A stretch of 64,000 nt of DNA from the human T2T-CHM13v2.0 reference genome, Homo sapiens. The notes beneath the pieces were generated by a model. It had not been told where the DNA came from and did no database searches. It saw nothing but the letters and a program-made list of their open reading frames with translations. Within the stretch, counting starts at the first letter, position 1. Each line of letters begins with the position of its first letter. Shown one piece after another: positions 57,076 through 64,000 of this stretch. The position numbers were made by a program, and so were the translations under genes. The stretch lies in NCBI RefSeq assembly GCF_009914755.1, contig NC_060941.1, one strand, 5' to 3'.

Positions 57076-58109
57076 CTACATATCTTTTTTTTTTTCCTAT
57101 AATGAACATGAATTTTATTGTGAGAAAAAGTTTTAAAAATATAAATATGAAGGCCCACATCAAACATTTCTTCCTCTGAGAATCTTTATTACCCACTCGT
57201 GTGATCACTCCCTTCCTTGGGCCACCACAGTACCTTGTCCATACCTCTACTGTTGTAGACATCACACTCTGTTGTCATTAAATGAATGTTTGTCTTCTCC
57301 CCTATTTTTTGAGCTCCTTAAGGCACGTATTGTGCTTTTTAATCTGTGATCTGTAGGGCCTGGCATAGAATCAGTGCTTAATAAATACTTATGGAATGAA
57401 TCATCTAAAGCAGGACATAGACACATACCAATAGCATGTGATCGATACCACGACAGAGGTCGGGGAACCGGGATGGGGAAGTTCTCAGTACTGCCGGGCT
57501 GGAGAATGGTTGGAGGAAGCTATTCTTGCACAGCCAGAGAGTGGGTTTCAGGTTGAGTGCGTGGGGCAATGGTGGCACCACGGTCACAAATAATTATGAA
57601 GTCAGTTTTGCAGGGAAAAATAGGAAACTCTTTTTGAGAGCTGATGGGGAAGATCTCAGGGCCAATGTCGTTGTCATGGAAAGGGTTCCTGAAGCAGCTG
57701 GAGGAGCAATTTCTCCGAGAGAATGAATGCCCAGAGAGAGGAGCAGGGGTAGGGGGGCTGCCTGATCCTTGGGGAGTGTGGGGGTAGCTAAGGTCAGCAG
57801 GAAGGTGGGAGCACGTCCAGGAGAGAAGATGGACGGTCATTCTAAGGGTAGGAGGAGAGGTGGCAGACACGGCAGGGCCCAGTGGCCTCTCCAGAAGCAA
57901 GCAGGGCCTGCCCCACAGCCGGGCACTGCAGAGGAGCTTAGGTAGACAGAGCATGGTGGTCAGATTGGGCAGTTAGAAGTCACTGGAGACCCTGATCCTT
58001 TAGCCACCCCCACCCCCGGCCAGGCTCAGTGAGCATGCCTCTGGTGCTCAGGTCACTCGGGCTTATGGACTGACAGAGGAGCTGCAGACATGGGTGGTTT
58101 GGGTACTCA

Positions 58110-59867
<1,758 letters not shown>

Positions 59868-60818
59868 TTAATTAATTAAACAACTGTTTTAGGCACCTAC
59901 TCCAAGCCACACACTGCGCTGTCTGCAGACACTGGTATGTTCTTGCCATGCGGCGGAAGGACATGTGCTTTGGGGTAGAATATCCCAGTTCAAGTCTTGA
60001 CTCAACTAAGTCACACTCCCTGAATGACTTTCCTTCACTGAATATTTATCAAGGGCTTACTCTGTGCCAGGTGCTGCTATAGGGGTTGGGGATAAAGAGT
60101 GAACAAAACAGACACAACTCTCAGTCCTCACTAAGCTTATGATGCTGGCCATTAGCCCCTATGAGCCTCAGTTTTCTCATCTGTAAGCTGGGGGTTGTAG
60201 GTCATGGAGGACTGGAGGAGACACTGGAGTGTGTAGCAGATGCTGACAGCATCCCAAGCACCTGCTATTGCAGTACCTGCCAATGGTGTCCCTCGGCAAC
60301 AGCTGTGGTCATCTGTCTGAGGGCTCTTTCTCTGCCTGTAAGCCGGGTGGGCCAGAAATACTGGAGGATAGTTCTCCAGTCCAGGAGGTGCCCTTAGTGG
60401 ATGACAGGTGGGGTCCCTTGCCCCCAGGACAGATAACACTCAGGCATGTTCTCACCGTCTCCCAGACAACCGCAGCAGCATGGAGCCTCAGTTGCTCACA
60501 AGGTAACCTGTTCCATAATCTACCTTTCCTGGGTTTCCCCGCCTCACCATTCTCTCTTGTTGATGAGTCCAAGAAATCACCTCCCCAGTAAGCCACCTGC
60601 AACCAAATCCGGTCTCAGGCTTCCGGGCGAGCCCGACCTGAGACTGATGGAAGATACCTCATGACCTGTGAGAAGCTGAGGTTATATACACCATTGTTTC
60701 CCAGGGAGGGACCTCAGGCTCCTATCTTAGTCAGATTCCAAATAGAACAACAGTTACAACCTCTTCTGTTCTTTTCTTCACAATATGTTCAGTGCCTCTC
60801 CCTTCTCTCCTTAGGTGA

Positions 60819-61125
<307 letters not shown>

Positions 61126-61197
61126 CTACTATCTTGTCTTTTACTCAAACAAGTTTTCCTACCTTTGCTCTTGATAGATCAAAAAGCATGCCATGTG

Positions 61198-61503
<306 letters not shown>

Positions 61504-61554
61504 CCATGTGGTTTTTATACTTGCCATGAAACTGTTCTTTGGGATATTATTTTG

Positions 61555-63790
61555 TTCAGGTTCCCCACTTGGACAGCAGAGGGGGTGACTCTGCCCATCC
61601 CTGCCACTGGTAGCCAGGCGGGCAATGTCTGCTAGCAGTCTGCTTCTGTCTGAACTCAGCCAGCAGAGGCAAACTCCCGGTTCCCCGAGAAACACTCTGA
61701 AGGCAGGGTGGGTGACTCCACCCACCACCGCCTCTCCTAGCCATGCAGGCCATGTCTGCTAGAGCTTCCAGCGCAGTGGTCCTAATTCTGTCTGAATCCG
61801 GCTGAGGGGTGCAGCCTCCTGTTACTGCCCAGGGAAACACCCAGATGGCAGGGTGGGTGACTCCAACCACCTCTGCCTGTGGTAGCCAGATGGGCCACAC
61901 CTGCTAGAGCTTCCAGCCCAGCAGTCCCGCTACTCTGTGGGTGGGTGCCATCCCCTGTTCCTCTGGGAAGCACCCAGACAGCTGATTACGTGACCCCACC
62001 CACTTCTGCAGATCCTAGCTGAGCAGGACTTGCTGGTTTGGACAATGCCCAAGCAGGGAAGAGCCCTCATTCTCTTATCACTGACAGAGGTGAGATGTCC
62101 GAGTTTGTAGGCTGGTGGAGGAGTGAGGTGGAGGAGGTATGCCTCTCTCTGCAGGGCGGACCCAGCAAGGATACGGCCTGTCTGCCAACCACGGCCCCTG
62201 CCTGAAGGAACCCCGTTTACCAGAACACCCAACAAAAGAAATGCAGGTGTGGAGCCAGTAATCAGAAGGGTCTTGTCTAAGGCCCAGGAGTGGACTAAGT
62301 GAGAAGGTCACCCCCCTGTCCCCAACACACACAGAACACTACTGCCAACTGTACTGAAACATGAAGAACCACGCAGCAGAGTAAGAGTGTATCTCCTGGT
62401 GATCACTCTTAAGCACTGCCTACTGGATGGCGGCCCCAAAATACAACACCAAAATGTTTTGCAGTATTCAGTGCCATGAAAACTAAGGCAAAGGCTCCCA
62501 CCAGTGCCCTGCCCCAGCCAACACACACGCACCCTGCCATGCCACTGTGGCTGGTGCCATGTGTGAGTGAGCACAGATCCTGCTGGCACTGCCACAAGGA
62601 AGCACTTTGGCCTGCACCCCCACTGGACTGTTGAGGCCAGCGGACTGGGAACACCTTGGCCCCTCTAATGCAGCAGGTTCTGAACCCCAGGAGGCCAGAG
62701 GAAAAGGCTGGGGACCCAGTACCAGCCTTCTAGAGTTAGAGCAGGCAGCTCAGGAGTGCTGAGCTGAGCCTTGGCCACCTGAAATCTTCCAGAATCGAAG
62801 CCAGTTGACTGAACCCACCTTATACGACAATCAAACCCCCAAGGGCTTCAAACAAGATAAAAACAAAACAAAAAAAACCCCATCCAAAGGAAGACAACTT
62901 CAAAGATTAAAGGAACATCAGCCCACACACACGAGAAAGAACCAGCTCAAGAGCTCTGGTAACTCAAAAAGCCACAGTGTCTTCCTATCTCCAGATGTGT
63001 GCACTAGTGCCTCAGCAATGGTATTTTAACAGGCTGAAATGGCTGAAATGACAGACATAGAATTCAGAATATGAGTAGGAATGAAGATCATTGAGATTCA
63101 GGAGAAAGTCAAAATCCAGTCCAAGCAATCTAAGGAATATGATAAAATGATACAGGAGCTGAAAGACGAAATGGTCATTTTAGGAAAGAACCAAACTGAT
63201 CTGATAGAGCTGGAAATCTCACTACAAGAATTTCATAATACAATAGCAAGTATTAACAACAGGATAGACCAAGCTGAGGAAAGAATCTCAGAGCCTGAAG
63301 ACTGGTTCTCCAAATTAACTCAGTCAGACAAAAATAAAAAAGAATGAAAACAAATGAACAACACCTCTGAGGAATATGGGATTTTGGAAAGAGACCAAAT
63401 CTATGACTCGCTGGCATCCCTGAAAGAGCATGAGAAAGCCAGCAACTTGGAAAACGTATTTGAAGATATTGTCCACAAAAGTTTCCCCAACCTCCCTAGA
63501 GAAGCCAACATTTAAATTCAGGAAATGCAAAGAATCCTTGTGAGATACTATACAAGACAATCATCCCTAAAACACATAGTTCTCAGATTCCCCAAGTCCT
63601 CAGATTCTCCAAGGCCAACATGAAAGAAAAAACAATGAAGGCAGCTAGAGACAGAAGGGGCAGGTCACCTAAAAAGGGAACCTCATCAGGCTAACAGTGA
63701 ACTTTTCAGCAGAAGCCCTGCAAGGCAGAAGAGATTGGGGGCCTATATTCAGCATCCTTAAAGAAAAGAAATTCCAGCCAATAATTTCTT
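61555..63790 (+). mobile_element. Old primate L1 5'UTR and disrupted ORF1
   Basis: GC-rich UTR with repeated monomers, then ORF1 coiled coil (EFHNTIASINNRIDQAEERISE) with stops and frameshifts. Confidence 0.85.
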
Positions 63791-64000
63791 TTCTTTTTTA
63801 AAATTTTAAAATTATTTTTTAAAAATTTTGTGGGTATGTAGTAGGTGTATGTATTTATGGGGATACATGAGATGGTTTGATACAAGTAAGCACTGTAAAA
63901 TAAGCACATCATGGAGAATGGGGTATGCAGCTCCTCAAACATTTAACCTTTGAGTTACAAACAATCCAACTATATTCTTTGTTATTAAAAAGTATACAAT
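63790..64000 (-). mobile_element. L1MA-like 3' end
   Basis: T-rich tail then ttttgtgggtatgtagtaggtgtat...catcatggagaatggggtat. Confidence 0.75.

Overview
Human genomic DNA (recognised as the 17p13.2 NLRP1 locus; Alu-dense, includes a human-specific AluYb8). The minus strand carries NLRP1 exons 4-17 (NACHT, LRRs, FIIND ZU5/UPA, CARD). Exons 1-3 lie beyond the right edge. I placed every splice junction by hand: the exon lengths 1705+171+171+171+90+92+81+163+224+263+132+142+45+320 join into one open frame that matches the remembered 1473-aa numbering (Q333, M1184, F1212/S1213, R1366). A distal alternative last exon (1551-1609) gives a CARD-less isoform, and a small CpG-island gene encoding a 119-aa tail-anchored membrane protein sits at the left edge. 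This is a well-studied locus, so I do not claim a new biological system. The most interesting structures are: (1) coding exon 10 is an exonised antisense AluJ with a GC donor and a competing GT donor; (2) the NLRP1 3' end is built from a MER41-family LTR with a GAS motif, into which a U7 snRNA retrocopy inserted, duplicating the minus-strand AATAAA; (3) an ancient three-copy local duplication that can be dated by its transposon insertions; (4) an open-frame ZCCHC9 retrocopy; (5) a set of RFX X-box motifs around the small membrane-protein gene. Repeat subfamily calls come from remembered consensus sequences and their boundaries are approximate.
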